NCBI GenBank assembly: GCA_043228905.1
Contig: JBHGNT010000010.1
Coordinates: forward strand, 19,034,001-19,098,000
DNA length: 64,000 bases
Direction of reading: 5' to 3'
Source of the DNA: Azolla caroliniana
Lineage: Eukaryota > Plantae > Polypodiophyta
Numbering within the stretch: the first letter of the stretch is position 1; every line of letters starts with the position of its first letter. A program made the position numbers and the translations under genes. This document shows, in pieces, positions 1-13,886 of the stretch. The notes under the pieces were generated by a model, which made no database searches, was not told the DNA's origin, and saw only the letters and a list, made by a program, of their open reading frames with translations.

Positions 1-48
1 AATGTGGTTATATATGTACATTGAACGTTTAAAGGATTGTATGTATAG

Positions 49-1455
49 GTGGTGATTTCAAAGCAGTCACTCTCAAGAAATATCTCTCTGGTGTGGCTTT
101 TAACAATATTACAAGAATTGCGTTTGGCAAGAGATTTATAGATGACCAAGGAAATACTGATCCACAAGGGATGGAGGTCAAGGAGATCATATCACAAGGG
201 ATGAAGTTAGGTGCCTCAATCAAGACACCGGAGTTCATACCATGGATCCGATGGATGTTCCCATTGCAAACTGAGGAGTTTGCAAAGCACAGTAATTGGA
301 GAGACAAGCTGACAAAATCGATCATGGAAGAACACACCCTTGCAAGAGAGACGAGTGGGGAGACGAAGGAACACTTTGTTGATGCATTGCTAACACTTCA
401 AAAGCACTATGACCTGACTGACACTCACATCATTGGCTTGCTTTGGGTAAATTTGTATTAAGTGTTTATCATGTATATGGTCTCGTTCTAATTATTAGGT
501 GATATATGAAAGTATCCTTTTGTTATGGGTTTTTAAATTAGTAAACTATACCCTGTTTGCAAATGGAAAAGTAGTTAGCCTTTATCTAAAGTATTCAAAT
601 TCAAGGCTCTTCCTGAATGGTAGACTGTAGTCTAGATTTAATTCTTACTAATATCATTGTAATTAATGCCTAATTTCTATCACTTCAGATTATTAACATC
701 ATTAGTAAAAAGACAATTAAGTTGACATTAATTACACCTAAATTCCCAATTACGAACAGAATTTTTGAAAATTTCTCATCTTATTATCCCACCAAACATA
801 TTTCATGTTTCTTCTTTTATTGTAGGATATGATTACAGCTGGCATGGATACAACTGCTATTTCAGTGGAATGGGCTATGGCTGAGCTAGTTCGGAATCCA
901 CGTGTACAAAAGAAAGCTCAAGAAGAGCTCGACCTAGTTATCGGCATGGAAGATCTTGTGAAAGAGACTGATTTCTCAAGGCTACCATATCTTCAATGCA
1001 TCGTCAAGGAAGCACTACGGTTACATCCTCCAACACCGCTGATGCTACCTCATAAGGCGACAGAAGATTTGAAAATCGGTGGTTATAATATACCGAAGGG
1101 GACGGTTGTGCATGTAAATGTATGGGCAATTGCAAGGGATCCCACTATTTGGAAGGATCCTCTGACTTTCCGGCCCGAGAGATTTTTCGAAGAAGATGTT
1201 GATATCAAAGGGCATGATTATAGGTTATTGCCATTTGGAGCAGGGCGTCGGGTTTGTCCTGGTGCTCAACTGGGGCTTAATCTAGTTGAGCTTATGCTTG
1301 CTCGTCTTTTGCACCAATTCTCTTGGTTGCCACCAGAAGGATTGAATGTAGATGATATCGATATGACCGAGCGCCCTGGAGTTGTCACATTCATGGCTAA
1401 ACCACTTGAAGCCATTCCTCAACCACGTCTCTCCACACATCTCTATGCAAGGTGA
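49..1455 (+). CDS. CYP98A: Cytochrome P450 CYP98A family (p-coumaroyl ester 3'-hydroxylase, C3'H-like); last two exons 49-446 and 826-1455, 5' exon outside the window
   Basis: AG acceptor at 47-48 and a GT..AG intron 447-825 join IIGLLW|[14 protein letters not shown] (ExxR), PERF and the heme motif [11 protein letters not shown] are present. [14 protein letters not shown] and [15 protein letters not shown] are typical of CYP98A. Confidence 0.92.
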
Positions 1456-2642
1456 AAGATAAGACGTAGGTAATGTTTACAATGGAAACAATTCCACTGG
1501 TGTCTTCTCCCAACAGTTCTCATTATCCTCACTTTCATCAAAGCTTTTGTTTGGCTTTCAAATTAGATGCAATGTCCCCTTGGAACCTCTACAAATGAGT
1601 GTTTTGAAAACTATGAACAACCTATATTTGTGTTCTGGTTTTCAAATCATTGTAAAAAGATGAAATACTGGGACAATATTTCTTAAAGCAAACTACTTCC
1701 AAACAACAAATTCAATTGACGTTTCTTTATGTTCTACAGGAATGCAAAATGAGGGCTTTCTTGATAACCCACAAAATACCCAAGATGATTCTTATGTTTT
1801 GCAAATGTGAGATGTTGATGGTGCTTAACACCATCAACACTAACATATCATGCTGCACTTTATCATTTATGAGATCATATATCTATACAGATAATAATCA
1901 CCAAAGATGGGTATTGACAATATTGAATGATTAGTTCTGGACTTGCATATCAGTCTTTAATGTGTTCACACCATTAGGACATTTGGTAGTTTGAGTGGTT
2001 TTTCAGAGAAATATCTGCAGAATATTTTTCCACAAGAACTTACAAATATTACTTTTTATACCAGAACGTTCTAGGCTTATTCAGAAAAACAATTTATGTT
2101 GAATTATTTTTCAATTTATCCATTGTCTGAAGGCATTTCCAAAAGCAATGTAGGCAATCAATCGAACTTCGCAAGACTTTAACTAATGGCATTCACTTCA
2201 ACATTGTACACAAATTCCAGGACAGCTGAATATCAAGTGATATTTGGGCATATGCCAAAGAAAATATCAATGAAGTATAGTTTCAAACTGTATTCTAAGT
2301 CATTGAAATCATGAAATTGCGTGTAAGAGGGACAACAAAATGCAATGATAGATATATCACACTTACATTCCAATGGAGAAATGTTTTCCTCCATGGATGT
2401 CAACAATTGCACACTTTGAAAATTTACCACATGAACCAGATCCAAAATCTTTTGGTGTTGTAAGAACTTTTTCATAGAATCTCATTCTTCCTAAGAGATC
2501 TCTTTCTAACAAAAATTTTAAGCATTTCATCGAATCTCATTGTCTTCCTAAGATGTCTGTGTTAGATCAACTTTTTTTGTGAATTATACAAGATCCAGAT
2601 GCCCAGAGATATGCAAGTAATTATACTTTGAAATGATAGGTT

Positions 2643-5600
2643 TTAGTAACCTTTCTTCCTCAACAACCGATATGCACCAAATGTATTTGATGACTGCCAC
2701 ATCCATGGGATGAAGAAGGCTCGATGTAGGGATGGTGATCTCTCATTGTCAAGAAAAGGCAACTCCACAATTACCTGCAACAAAAGTAACAAAAAACGTG
2801 GTGGAAATAAAGGTGAGAAAACATGTGCGCAATAGAACTTGTTTTTGAATGTCTCCTAGATGGATTTCTACCTCCCACATGGTTCTATTGCTGCCACGTG
2901 ACTGAAAGTTCTCACGACGCAAATCCAGCTCGACAAGGAAGCTACAAGAATCAATATCTTCAATCTGCAAAATGTTTTATGATTTATCCCCACAATGATG
3001 ACCATATTATCTATCAAAATCAAATGCATCTAGCATCAATATTTTGAAAGCATACAAATTGAACTTTTGAAGCCCGATTCAGTTTATTGAAGTAGAAAGG
3101 TGCTGCAGCACTTCCACCAATAGACTCATTGAAAGGCAATGGTAAAAGACCCCGAAAGCCATCATCAAGCCACTTTACTTGGTATTCAGGTGATGGCAAA
3201 AAAAAAGATGAAGGAAAACGATGCCATTCACTACCAATGCACACATTTACATCTGTAATCATGAAGATGATAGATGATATTCAATATATAAGACAACTCA
3301 TCTTAAATTCAATCCATAAGACAAATTGCATGAAACTCAATCAGTAAGTCAAATAATTTGAAATTTGAAATTGATGAGACAAAAAGTTTGAAATCCAATC
3401 AATAAGCCAAATCATTTGAAATGCAATGAATAAAAGAATTTGAGAAGACAGCAACATTAATAAATAAAATTTTAGCAAACTTGCAAAAGCTTTATGATAA
3501 ATGAATAGTAAGTACCCTTGTGCAAAGCATTGTTATGATTTGATGTTGACGGCAGATAGCTTAGGACTTTCATAGGGGCAGAGTAGCCATTAAGCAAAGA
3601 AGTTGTTCTGCTATAAGATGTGACCAAAATAATCCCTAACAGCAACGGGCGGAAAATTTTTAGAATCTGCTCATAAAAACATAAAATCAGTAGCTTCCCT
3701 CCAGAAAAAGTGCAATAGAGAAAAATGATAGCAACAGCTAATAGATCAAACCATGAAGAGAGCTGAGTCAGCACCCCACTTATTTCGAGGCAGCAACTCA
3801 GGGATGAGCTCAATTGTAGCTGCTGCAGCAACACAAATGATGGTGTACACTGGATACAAAAATCTAGAAATAGAAAACAAAATGGGGACAATCAGATTAT
3901 TATGGCAAAACCATGATCTTAATTATCTTTGAAAAAGCAGAATCCAGAAGGTTACATTGCAAATATCAAAACTAGATCTTACTGATCATAGACAAGGACA
4001 GCCTCATATAGTTATCCCAGTATGATATGGACTGAAAACCCTAAAGTTCCTAATTTCTCGATGCTTGTAAGCTCCCTTGACCTTTACCTGCCCATGCCCT
4101 CTATTGCATTCTTCAATATTATAGGACACCATAGACATTTGCATCCTGTAAGGGATGTACGAAATTGTAGTCCACTTGATTTCCAGTACTGGTCCCTCAT
4201 GGAACCGAAGGTAGGAAAACCTACTTGTCTCAATACAGAAATAACTGAAAACGGGCGTAAAAGACATGACAAAAGGATTTCTAGATTCCAATTTTCAGCA
4301 CACCGGACCTGCAGATATTTTACTATCCAACGTGTTCTTCAAAATAAGTCAGGCTGAGGAAAACAAGGATCAAAAACTTGCCTTTCTTCTTTATGAGGCT
4401 GCAAAGACATGAAGCCCAACCAGATATATAGTGGTAACACAAATATCAAAATTGATATATACACCCTCTTCCTCGCAGCCAGCACAATTATGGGAAGCAG
4501 AAGGGCAAGCAGAAACCCAAAATTGAAGTTGTTGAAACCATTCCGGAAGTAAAATGTTGCAGACTCAACCCCATACAAAGTACTATCACCACCACCAAAG
4601 ACATTATATAATACCAAATTGAATACTGACATTGTCCACTTCCCATAAAAAAATTTGTCTGCCAAAACAGATGGAATCTGCAGTGGAAAAAATAATTTCA
4701 AAATAAAGGAATGTTTACACTAAAGAGAATTTTTACTAACCCTTCCTCACTGAAGATACAGAATATTTTTATTATACACATATTAATTAAGAGGTTGTAA
4801 TGATCTACACTCACAAGGATACCGACGCAAGTTGCCAACCCAACCAATATTGTTCTTATAACACCCCCTGTCAACAGGCAGTATATCACAATAGGAGCTA
4901 CTGCAAGCACCGAAAATGGCCAACCTATCAGAACACCAGATGCTGCGGCAACCACAGCCAAATGAGGCTTTCCGGATATTGCAGCAGCAAGTGCTAGTGT
5001 TATTGTGTACATAGAGAATGTGCTGGGGAGAAAACCTACAAAAGAACCATTAATATCTTGGAAAACGTGACTTCTGTACAGGAAAGGTCCAGATTACCAT
5101 TGAGCGTTTCATTATTTCAACCTAGTCCCCCGACATTTTTATTATTTGCCAAAATGCCCATGGTCAACCGCTGAAAGAAGAAGGGGATGAGATTCGCCAT
5201 ACATTTGCCCAAAAACAGCATTTGTGATTGACCAAGAGGGGATAAATTGATTATATAACTGCCCAGATAGTGCATATGGGCATTACAGGAAATCACAAAA
5301 ACAGGGGGAATTGGTGAAATAAAGAGAAATACCAGGTAATTTGAACCGTTTCCTCTCTTTACATTCTGTGAAATAGAAACAAATAACTTTTAATCATACT
5401 TGTACTTGCATTGAAGCATCCACTTGAGAAACAAAGCAGCATCAGCGTATAAGCAGCAAGTCGCTGTCCATAGCGTTTGGACATGGCTGCCACAAGAGCT
5501 GCCTCTGATCCTGCTGATAAAATGGCAAGTGCAAGCCGAATGGTAAAGAAGACATGTACCTAGTATATGTAAAAATGTTACCAATTCATCATTGCTCCAA

Positions 5601-8600
5601 AATCCAAAATCTTCTCTTTTTCATCTTCTATGCTACCACAATCAAAGGGAGAATATGTGTCTACCTCCTTTGGGGGATGTGCATGGGGACATGGAAAGAA
5701 TTTTTAACATATAGAACAAAATGGAATGCATTAGAGTTACCTTTCCCTGAGCTGCACCATACCACCATGCTGCTGGACCACCCACGACTGCATGGAGAAG
5801 CAAGTAAAGATATGACCGCAACGCAAACTCCGAGCTTTCATCAGAAAGTAGTAACACGGTTAAGTTGGGAAAGAAAGTACACATCAATTTTTCAGCACTT
5901 TAGATATTATTACATTAGGTAGAATTCCCAAAATCATTAAAACTTTAAAATTATTTGTCACTTATCTACTCACTTTTTGGTAAGTGATTTATTTCCTTAA
6001 ATTCAACTGAGAAACAAATAATGTATCTATCCATTGAAATACTCCATTCAATATGCTTTTTAGTGCCCCATATAGATCCATTCAACATGTCTAATTTGTA
6101 CTGGTATAAGACTCGTAGATCATATAAGTAACAAAGTGAAACCTGAGCCGATACTATTCTAAAAACGGTTAATAAATTATAGGAGGTGTCATTTCCTGAT
6201 GCACTACCCACAATCAACCAAGAAGTACCCTTTTGCATCCCATATTCCCTATAGAATTTCCCAGAGTAGAATTTTGCACAGTTTCCTTTGGGTGTGTCCA
6301 GTCCGGGTGGAATAAGAAGGGATGATTGTGTATCAAGATGGAACCACTGAATCCGACAGAATATGAAGGGTGGCTCATGGGAGTTCAGCAGAATTTGAGA
6401 GATTAAATAGCTACAAATTAACAAAATTGATTATAGTGATTAATAAGACAGAAGTTAAATGATGATTTAGGCAAAGGTTGGCTAGAGAGCCCTTTATTAT
6501 ATTGTAATCGATCTTAACAATAAATAAGACAAAAGTTGGGTGATAGTTAGACAAAGGTTTGGTAGAGAACCCTTGATTATATTGTAGTTGAGGCTTAATC
6601 GTGGTGGCTTTTAACACTTTCCCTCTTCTCAATATCTATCCTCAAAGCGACCTCCCCTTGAATTCCCAAGACAAACACATTCTAGCTTGTGCCAAACTAG
6701 CTTGAAAACTGATTATGGAAGATATTGCTTTTCCATTATCCAGTTGGTCTTCTTAACCTGTCTGATCTTTCATATCCACTTCTTATAACCCATTAAATCT
6801 ATTTCATCAATGTTTGTTTGATTCTGCCTGAAACCCATTGTACATTGATCTATATCTCCTTCAAAATTTATCGATGGTTCACCTTCATTCCTGTTTATGA
6901 AAATTGATCCTCTTCTCTGCAACTGGAATTTAAAATAATATTCCATGTAGCTCACTTAGGCAGTAAATACTGCTTTCATACACTCACGACCTGACCCTCA
7001 TAAGGTAGAAACACTGTTCTCTACAGGCACAACTAGCTTATGATTAATCATCAACTCCATGTGAATATAACTAATCACTGATATGAAGGCAACCTGATCT
7101 GCCCACATAGCACACAGAAGAAGCCTAGGCAGCTCCCAGACTTTCCCATCAAAGATTTTAAACAAAGCCTTAAAATTTGAGCTATGAACTCTTTCAATAT
7201 TACTATTATCATCAAAAATATAAGCAGATTGTAAAAGATAAAAACATCCCAACTTTGAGAAAAACAAGTGCGCTTCATTTGAATCCAGGTCCCCTCTATC
7301 CATTACTATCTGCACAATACAACCATATCTACAAATTACATCCTCATACAGGAAACAGGACACCGTGGATGTGGCCTTCCTTCTCAGTGTCTGTCCCTCA
7401 ACTTGATGTGTGAGGCCTTCCTGTGCCAATGCCAGATACTTCATCTCCCCAAGCTCAGTTGGCATAGCTACCAGATCCACCATCCAGTTGTAGCGTACAG
7501 TAGGGGAGTAGGTAGGATGCACTTCATCTTTGTGGCAAGTAAGACTAGCTTTATTCACATCTTTGAACATCCCTTGTCATCAGTTTTGTGAAAGCTTCCC
7601 ACAACCTCTATGATCCACCCACTTACTGTCATGGAAACCCACTAGCATCTTCATATGTTGATCTTTCAAATCTCGAAAGTAAGCCATCTTTAAGAAAGTA
7701 CTTTTCTTCTTTCATGCAGATCTGGCAGTTTCCATTTGTTGTGTCTGGAGAAAGGTTCCAATCTGCTTCACCTCCCCTTCATATTCTGCTTCTATGACAT
7801 CCACATGAGCGGTTGAAAATCCGCATGAGCAGCTGATCCACTTCCCTCATAGCTGCTAGTAAATCGATATTAATGATCAGAAATCAGATTCACTTCACTG
7901 TGTTTCTTCTTGAGTTCTGCCTATACAAGTGATCCATCTTTCATGTAGTTTGCCAAGAAAAAAAAAATCACTTGACTCTTATTCAATATCTGCATCTGCT
8001 TCAACTTCTTCCTTATAACAAGCCTGTAATTGCAAATCTACAACTTTGTTGTGTCAGCCTGCTACAAATTTTGGGTTCCCCTGGTGTAATCTGCTTTTCT
8101 CAATCCAGGTTCTTGAAGCAGCTGTTCCTTCAACCTCCACATTGCACTGTTACATTTTTCTACCCAGTCAGACTTCTACCCCTTAACAGATGATAGAGTG
8201 GTTAAGTGATACACACAAAGTATGGAATTCAGATGTGATAGTACAAATATGCCCCTAAGAAACGCCTTACTTCTGCATGCATTCCCCATACCTCCTTCAT
8301 TTCACGGATCACATTCACTTTAGCAAGAGATAGTTTTGAACCCACAAAACAGTTCAACAACAAATACTGCCAGTTCATCAAAGACTCCTTCTCCCCAGAA
8401 AGCATCAAATTCTATTCTTCAAGACTTTTAAGCATCTTTTCATAGGGGTTCATATGCTCTATTACGAACTAGAAACTCATCAACCACTGGTTCTATATCA
8501 GATTTCTGAATGGTCACCCAGTTGACAGGTTGCAAATCTTGAATAAACACCAATGAATCATTTCCTTTCGGACCACCTGTTCAGGTAAGGAGCATTAGAG

Positions 8601-11600
8601 GGCTCCAAGATCCCCATCTTTACCGTTTTGTTAGGTGGATCATTTAATCGTGGGACATACAACCTTGAAATCGAAATTGGCTTCAAGGTACATGAACTAT
8701 TGTAATATCACTATCAGCTGCATATCCAATCTGTAATTAGCCTTCCCTTGTCTCTCCAGCATGTCCTCCGCCTACAAATGAACAACCCCCCATCCCACTT
8801 TTACCAGTTGACTTTCCCATGTCCACTGAGTTGAGAAGAATCACTCGGTTGCATTAAACCATAACCCTAATTGGATGTACAAGTCAAATTCCTCAATTGC
8901 GTCTATGAAAGTGACTTCCTCACTTATACCCAGCATTGTTTCCATTGCTCCAGAATTCTGTTATCCTAGAAGATCCTCTGAGTATGTTATGCCCTACTTG
9001 CTTTCTAGGTTAAGCTAAGAAATTTCCCAAGTTCGAATCTGTTCTTTGCTTTGCACTGAAAACAAGCCAATATGTTGCCCCAGCCTTTGCCTTCTTTTCC
9101 TTCTCTCCTATATCTCTATATCTGCATCCCCCTTCTCTTTAGCAATGGCCTCTTCCTCACTTCTTTTTGTGTCGCAGGTGGACAACAGTCATCCTCTCAT
9201 CTCCGCTTCTTTTCCATGATTACCTCGTGGCTTTGACACCCCCCCCTCACTTTGACGTTGGCATAGAATAAATCTACCAGGCCATCCCAACCAGTCATAG
9301 AGTGGATATCTGCTTAAGCAGAATGAATATTATCTTAGCAGTACTTTCTTTCAGTACCATTGATCAATGTGGATCAGAAATCTGCTCACCTTCTACTTCC
9401 AACCCTGCTGCCAGCAGATACAGAGTAATATACCACTTAGCGTCTTTTTCTTCCATTAACTTCTCCATTCCACCCTCCTGAAGTTTACTTTACCATTAGT
9501 TGGGTTTCAAACGAACGAATCTTGCCATTCTTCTAAAATATGCATCTCCTTTTAGCCCATATTTGTGATCCACACAACCTTTTCTTTCAAGTTCCTAGTT
9601 GTCATATTAGATGCTTTCTTTCATTGAGTGGATACATTTGACCACATCAAATACAGTCTAGTGAATTCCATATCTAGCAATCACAGTTTCGTATCAAAGT
9701 GGTGAAAAAACTTTTTCAAAACATCCCAATTTTCTTGTCCTGGAGTTCAGATTATTTAGGTCTTCCAAGAGCATTTACTTTATTGATGTGCAAGGTGTTG
9801 TTTCTAATTATGATCATGTACCATCAGGTAGTCACAGCTGTTCAGAGGATTCTATATGCAGCTGATGACAGCCCAGCTGTTCTAGTGAAGCAATCTCATC
9901 CGCCTCTTTGATCTACCACCTTTACGAATAAGATCATTTCTCTAGCTAGAGAAGTTCTTTAGAAAAAAGGTTTGATGGCCTTAGCATCTCCTCCATCTTA
10001 TAATACTTGTTAGAACTCCACTCCTCTCCTTCAATCCTTGGCCATGGTCAACACACTATATCACAATTACTTCCTAAGTTATTAGGTTAATCATATGGTT
10101 GATAGAATGTTTGTATAAATACTCGAGCTATTTCTGGAGCTCTTGCAGTTTTATCAATCAGGATTAAATTACTCGTTTTGATTAACCCATTTGAAGGCTG
10201 CCCACACTGCATCATGGCCTTTACCTGTCCTACGTAATTCAAATATAGAATCCATTATATCCACATTCCATTAGGAATTCCTACCAAGTCCAAACACTGC
10301 TGACTTACTTTTGCTCTGATTCACATCTTGTGCAATGTAACATGAAAACTTGGACATCACTCATCATCTTGGACAAATAAAAGGGTTTCTTTCCCTAATA
10401 TTTGACTCTTCACTATGCAAAGATGAACAACACTAGAATGACGGGTCTAAATCCACCATTCTTAAGTGCACAAATCTTACCTTTAAAAAGAAGTACGAGA
10501 ATGTGTCCATCTTTATTCCAACTCATCCATATTTTTCGAGTCTAAGATAAACCTCGATTGCTGAATTGAATTAGACCTTGAAGAAATTGTTTGCACTTTT
10601 AGCCATGTGCCAGATTTTCCTGTATCATTACTTGCCTCTCGTTCCTTTACGTAAGGTCTTCTCTATATGCTTAAAACAGAGGTCCCTAAAAATAATCATT
10701 AAACTCAATGCATCAAGAGTGAAACTATCTATTTGACAGTATCATAACCAAATGGCATACACTTAACGGAGCTTGACCAAATAAGTCCTTCCTTCCACGA
10801 AGTTCATCCTGTCTTGACAACCACTTAATGGTTTCATTGTAAAAAGGAACATCAAATTGGGATCTTCCAAACAATGGCAAAAAGCTCTTTCCCATACGGT
10901 GAATCATTCAAGGGATGATTAACTTGACAGGTCAATATTATACTGACCAAAATCACTAGTATCAGACCCTATAATGAAAGAATAATTAGATTCTGCAACA
11001 ACTTTTAGCTTTTCAAAACCTTTGCTTTGATCTTTTCTCAAAAAGTTGTCGTTTCAATTTAACAGGATTATTATATTGGCATATTCCTGTTTTTAACAGA
11101 TAGAACCCAGAAAATTCAAGAAATGTGTTGGGAGTTTTTGAGATGTCCTTGGTTCTGATCATTTCTCTGAAAGACTTTGATCCACATATGTAAACTATCT
11201 GAAAAACTTACTTAAATTTTCCAAAGTAGCTAGTTTAATATCGCTTCCTATTTAATATTTAGTTTCAAGCAAAAAAAAACATCATTGAATGTGAATTTCT
11301 ATGTCAATCAAGCAAACAAGTGCCATAAAAAGAGTGAATCATTGTAGAAATTTATCAATATATGATGTGAAAACTAAGAGAATGAGAAACGATTTACCTA
11401 TATTCCCAAGTTTGGAAGCCAGATCTGTAGAGTATATAGTGAAGGGGCTCCCAATAGTTGAACACCTCATCACAATCATGGAGAAGGTTAGACTTTGCGC
11501 TAAAGTGCCTGAGGAGGAGGAGAGCGACAAATGCAGAGCCCCACGTGATGCCACGTGGCTGAGATGACGCGGCAGATGATGCCGTGGATGATGTTGGATC

Positions 11601-11780
11601 CTTCACTTCTTTTTCATCTCGCTTCTTCTCCCTCCTCGCTTCTTCTTCTTCGTCGTCTCCTCTTCCATCTCTTTCTCTTTCCTTTCCTCTTTCTGCTTCT
11701 ATTTCTTCTTCCTTCGGGATCGATGGAGATGAGGCTGCTCTGCGACGAAGCCCTGTTGCTGTTGTGTCTTCAGCATCCAT
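2643..11780 (-). CDS. ALG9: Dol-P-Man alpha-1,2-mannosyltransferase ALG9 (GT22); 10 exons: 11398-11780, 5741-5834, 5400-5559, 4815-5035, 4382-4677, 3752-3863, 3516-3666, 3056-3252, 2872-2964, 2643-2774
   Basis: Spliced translation gives HDCDEVFNYWEPLHY...FQTWEYSSEFALRSY, FLPSTFSMY, GWPFS, QPHKEERFLYP, CIGSEWHRFPSSFFLP, FRGLLP and ends ...YRLLRKKGY*. Intron phases are consistent. Confidence 0.93.
6640..11161 (-). mobile_element. Highly decayed Ty3/gypsy LTR-retrotransposon remnant in ALG9 intron 1 (boundaries approximate)
   Basis: Integrase-like ORF 6998-7570 (DLVAMP...FLYEDVICRYGC...MDRG). An RT-type motif FIQDLQPVN lies at about 8521-8547, upstream on the same strand, giving the gypsy RT-before-INT order. 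Possible degenerate tRNA-iMet PBS at 11151-11161. Many stops; no clear LTR pair. Confidence 0.7.
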
Positions 11781-11783
11781 GGC

Positions 11784-11794
11784 TTCTCTCTCTG

Positions 11795-11856
<62 letters not shown>
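11784..11856. repeat. (CT)n/(CTGT)n microsatellite immediately upstream of the ALG9 ATG
   Basis: Directly visible ctctctctctgtctctgtc...ctctct run. Confidence 0.9.
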
Positions 11857-11859
11857 GAG

Positions 11860-12118
11860 CAAATACCCCTCCCTTCGTATTTTCATAATTCCCCAAATAC
11901 CCCTCCCTCGTATTTTTCATAACTCCCCAAATACCCCTCTCATTATATTTTAATAATTCCCCAAAAACACCCCCTCCTTTCGTATGTTCATAGTTCCCCA
12001 ACTACCCCTCCCTTCGCGTTTTTTATAATTCTGAAAATACCCCTCCTTTCGTATGTTCATAGTTCCCCAACTACTCCTCCCTTCGTGTTTTTTATAATTC
12101 TGAAAATACCCCTCCTTT
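11860..12118. repeat. Minisatellite, about 8 copies of a ~33-34 bp unit (aaatacccctcccttcgtattttcataattcccc), upstream of ALG9
   Basis: The tacccctcc core recurs at regular spacing. The last four units form a ~67-bp higher-order dimer. Confidence 0.85.
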
Positions 12119-12860
12119 GACACTAAACCACATAACCACTTCCATCTACATAGAGGGAGAAATCGCCTCTTACTCAAACTCCTAAACCCTAAATATGAAG
12201 GTTTAAGCTTTAGTAGTTGAGTAATATAATCTATCTTTATGCCATGCCCCTATTCTATCTCTCTTTATTTCTCTTAATGGTCCCACTCTCACTCTCTCTA
12301 TATATACTAGCACTACGTCTTGATTTGGGTTCAACCCCAATTTTCTCACTGTTCGATTACTTCAAACATATCTCTTAATTCACTAAATGGCATTGTGGAA
12401 CCATGGACACATTACAATACAATTACAATACTTTTTTAGCATGTTAATACAAGTTAAGTACCTCTCATAATTGTTAAATGCTTATAAAATACATAAAATC
12501 TGTATTTTTCGTATAGTATTTCATAACATTTTCTAAAACAAGGTTATAGTTCTAAATAGGTAACAATTACAATGAGTTTATAAGATTACACTACAAGTCG
12601 TACTATTTTACTCTAATGCTATTTATATATATGTGTGCCTTACTTCATAAATGGTATATAAACTCTAGGATTGAACATTTATTTCCAAGACGACCAACAC
12701 CAAATACAACTTTCTTAAAAAATAGAAGGATCATGTAACCTCTAGGATGATGTTGCCAAGTGATTTCATGTAAGCATTATATTATAATTTATAATAATAG
12801 AGGGATTCCTTTTTAATATTGATAATATTTGGAGTTTTTTTTGGGATGAGCGCGTATTAT

Positions 12861-12900
<40 letters not shown>

Positions 12901-12933
12901 CCAATGCATTATAGTATTAAATAATAAAAAATA

Positions 12934-13886
12934 GGGAAAAGTACCAGAATGCCCCTGGAAGTTCCAAATTTACCAAACTACCCCAATGTCCAAAAAATTA
13001 CACTTTATAAAGTAATTATATACTCAAATCTACAAGCCCTATTTACCAGAGTACCCTTAAACCTAAACTTATTTACCATAATGCCACTATATACCTATTT
13101 TGACCAATTTATACCACTTTTATTTCTCAAAATACATAATAAATCAAACTAAATTATCAAAATTATATTATATATCAAAATTTTCAATTGAATGGTCACC
13201 TTAAAATCCAATTCTATGAATTTACACTGAGTTATACGGGCTTAATCCCATAAAACCAAAACATTTGATTGCACACCAAATTTTACCATTGGGATGCCAT
13301 TTTGAATCCAAAATCCATGAATTTGCGGATTCACAAACAATTTGTGGCCAAAATGTCATTTTAAATGAAATCTCACATAACATTTTGCTATTAAAATCCC
13401 ATCTTAAACCAAATTTCATGATTTTACACTAAAATTTGTTAGCGAAATGCATCACAACTAAATCTCATCAATTTCAAAAATACTTGCAAACCAAAATTAA
13501 TTATCGAAATGTAATAATTACATGTTAATTTTGATCCGTCTACAAAAAGTGTAATTCCAAAAATATCCACAAAATCAAATATATCTATCGACTCAACAAA
13601 ATATCTAATAATGCACAAGGTAACCCCATATCCTAATGATAAAGACAATTGATCAACCCAATGAACAAGAAAGAAAAGAAAGACTACATTGTTAGGTACA
13701 AAGGACCCAAAGAATCGATTAAGTAAAGAAAGTTGTGTTTGAAGGGTATTCTGGTAAATAGGGCTTGTAGATTTGAGTGTATAATTACTTTATAAAGTGT
13801 ATTTTCTTGGACATAGGGGTAGTTTGGTAAATTTGGAACTTCTAGGGTAATAGACGAACTTCCAAGGGTATCCTGGTACTTTTCCC
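12934..13886. mobile_element. Non-autonomous Mutator-like element (MULE/MITE), 953 bp
   Basis: Long terminal inverted repeats of ~130-150 bp (GGGAAAAGTACCAG...CTGGTACTTTTCCC), a perfect 9-bp TSD TAAAAAATA at 12925-12933 and 13887-13895, and no transposase ORF. Confidence 0.9.

Noticed and set aside
11860-12118. Regularly spaced ~33-bp repeats resembling a CRISPR array
   Set aside because: The units are contiguous and degenerate with no unique spacers, the context is eukaryotic, and there are no cas genes.
11555-12177. Several overlapping ORFs around the ALG9 start
   Set aside because: They arise from the CT microsatellite, the minisatellite and the antisense strand of exon 1.
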